DNA from: Camelus ferus
Taxonomy: Eukaryota
Direction of reading: 5' to 3'
Length of the DNA stretch: 64,000 bases
NCBI RefSeq assembly: GCF_009834535.1
Contig: NC_045696.1
Span: 111,354,001 to 111,418,000, forward strand
In this document: piece after piece, positions 62,297 through 64,000 of the stretch
Numbering within the stretch: position 1 is the first letter of the stretch
Layout of the letters: the number at the start of each line of letters is the position of its first letter
Program-made: the position numbers and the translations under genes
The notes under the pieces: model-generated
What the model was told of the DNA's origin: nothing
What the model saw: the letters and a program-made list of their open reading frames with translations, nothing else
Database searches by the model: none

Positions 62297-63924
62297 AAAG
62301 AAGTCTGCTTCTGGGTGCGGCAGTCATTCGGAGCAGGAGCCAGACTAGAACAGGTGATAAATAATGAATTACCTTCACACACATTTTCTGGTTTCATGTC
62401 TCAAAATGGTACCCATGCTCTCTAGCCCTTCCCATCTCAAGGGAAAGTCTTAAAACCAATTTATGTGGTCCCAGCCGTCAGCCCCATGTTCCTTTTATAA
62501 TTCCTCCATTGGCAGCATTGTGGAGCGGGATTTGTATGGCTACCTGGTGATCTACCTTGACTTCCCGGGGCTCCTGATGTTGATCCATTGATTCCATTCC
62601 CCTTCATGACCTTCAAACTGACTTCAAAAAATTGGTTTTTGAAGAAGATTGTGCATAGTACTCACTGAAGAGCATATTAGCGTTAACAGGAATTTTGTTT
62701 TTGAGAAATTAATAATCCAGAAAAACAAAGTTTAAAGACTTGATTATAAATGACTGCTACACCATGGGTCCAATTGCAACACCATTTAGCTATTTTAACA
62801 TCACTTGATGCAGAAAGAAAAATCAGTAGGAGTATTTCTGTTCCCCCTTCTCTGTTATTGACATGACATTTCAGGTCTCTGGCTAAACGTTCATGCGCAG
62901 TTGCTTCTGTTAGACCATTAATCATTCTGTTCCATTATGGACAACCTCAGGTTTGAAGTTATTAGCTTTTTAACCCTTCTTTGTAATTAGATCAGCATAA
63001 TTTTCTGTTAAAAGGCAACAAATCAATAAGTCAGCTGAAGGAAGTATTTCCTCCCTCAGGCAACATATAATTAGCCGATTAGCCTCAAATGTCTTTGAAG
63101 TAAATTGCTTGAAGTTTATTGTCTAATTAAAATGCCTCCAACTCGTTAAGCATCTACCATAGGTTTGTTTATGCTTAATGTTATACAGTAATTATAACTC
63201 AGCTATTTGTTTAACCATATATTTTTTTTTATTTAGGTCCCCTTTTTTTGTTAAAATGGAGCAAATATCTACACGCTAAAAAGAAAGCTAAGAAGCTATC
63301 ATTATAAAATAGAAGAAAAGTCAAAAAAGTCATCCTCACCAAAGTCACTTAGCTCAAAAGTATTATTTATAAATATGCAGTCTCTTACATTAATTTATCT
63401 TTGTGAAATTTCATTGGGAAGACACCCTCAAAACTCAAAACTGCAGTTAATGAAAGACAAACTGTGATTCTGGGAATCATTAAAGGAAGTGATGTGAGGA
63501 CAAGAGAGTTTGACAACCGAAAAATACCTGAAAACTAGCAATGTCCTTTACTGAATGTTCCAGTTATTAGAATTATGTGCGCCTGTTTGTCAGTGAACAC
63601 TTTGGCATTCAGTTTCACAAATCAGTCTTCTATGAGTTTGGCTGCATGAACAGATTTCCCAAAGCCTTATATATTTTTGGTGAATTTACAGCATTGGATT
63701 TCTAGTTATTCAAAGCTAAAAGCTATCAGGTACCCACCAGGAAACAGGCACTGTATTAAAACCTTATCAAAAACATCTTCCCATTTCAAAACAGTGACAA
63801 TTTCAAGACGCCAAGTGCCTGGGAAAGCTGTGCAGTGATCACAATATACTCCAGCTGGAAGGACCCATCGGTTGGTTTGGGGAAAGCTGGATTTTACACA
63901 ATTTCTAATTCTAAGTATTAAATA

Positions 63925-64000
63925 TATTTTTATTTTTATTATTATTATTATTGGGGAGAGATAATTAGATTTATCTATTGATTATTTTTTTTAATGGAGG
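63925..64000 (-). mobile_element. 3' tail of a second camelid-type SINE (truncated by the window edge)
   Basis: Reverse complement cctccattaaaaaaaataatcaatagataaatctaattatctctccccaataat matches the tail of the 31830 SINE. Confidence 0.8.

Noticed and set aside
1..64000. CRISPR arrays, operons or other prokaryotic/viral systems
   Set aside because: The sequence is mammalian and repeat-rich; the direct repeats seen (45, 36 and 15 bp periods) have only 2-3 copies and no unique spacers, and there are no gene-dense ORFs

Overview
AT-rich mammalian genomic DNA, most likely camelid. Two copies of a tRNA-derived SINE resembling the camelid Vic-1 type are present (31830-31990 and the window end), the L1 3' UTRs are cetartiodactyl-style, and I see no Alu, B1, Bov-tA or PRE-1. 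Much of the window is interspersed repeat: MIR, L2, old and young L1, MLT1/LTR16/ERVL, an ERV1-like solo LTR with a 4-bp TSD, and MER5/MER20/hAT elements. The only convincing coding signal, missed by the ORF track, is the 3' end of a + strand gene: a 31-nt exon (2622-2652), a 77-nt GT-AG intron and a terminal exon (2730 to stop 2767; AATAAA at 3251). These encode ...LQSFQEKVLQDRVKQACTQKSF*, and I do not recognise the gene. The rest looks intergenic, with several TE-free, motif-dense enhancer-like blocks and some candidate lncRNA exons. The most unusual items are retrotransposition oddities: a ~1-kb L1 with both ends but two large internal deletions, a short 3'-transduction candidate, and a young L1 with a perfect 16-bp TSD. 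There is also a CpG-rich patch carrying the longest ORF and a hairpin. I found no evidence of a genuinely new biological system. Repeat subfamily names come from recalled consensus similarity, and most boundaries are approximate.
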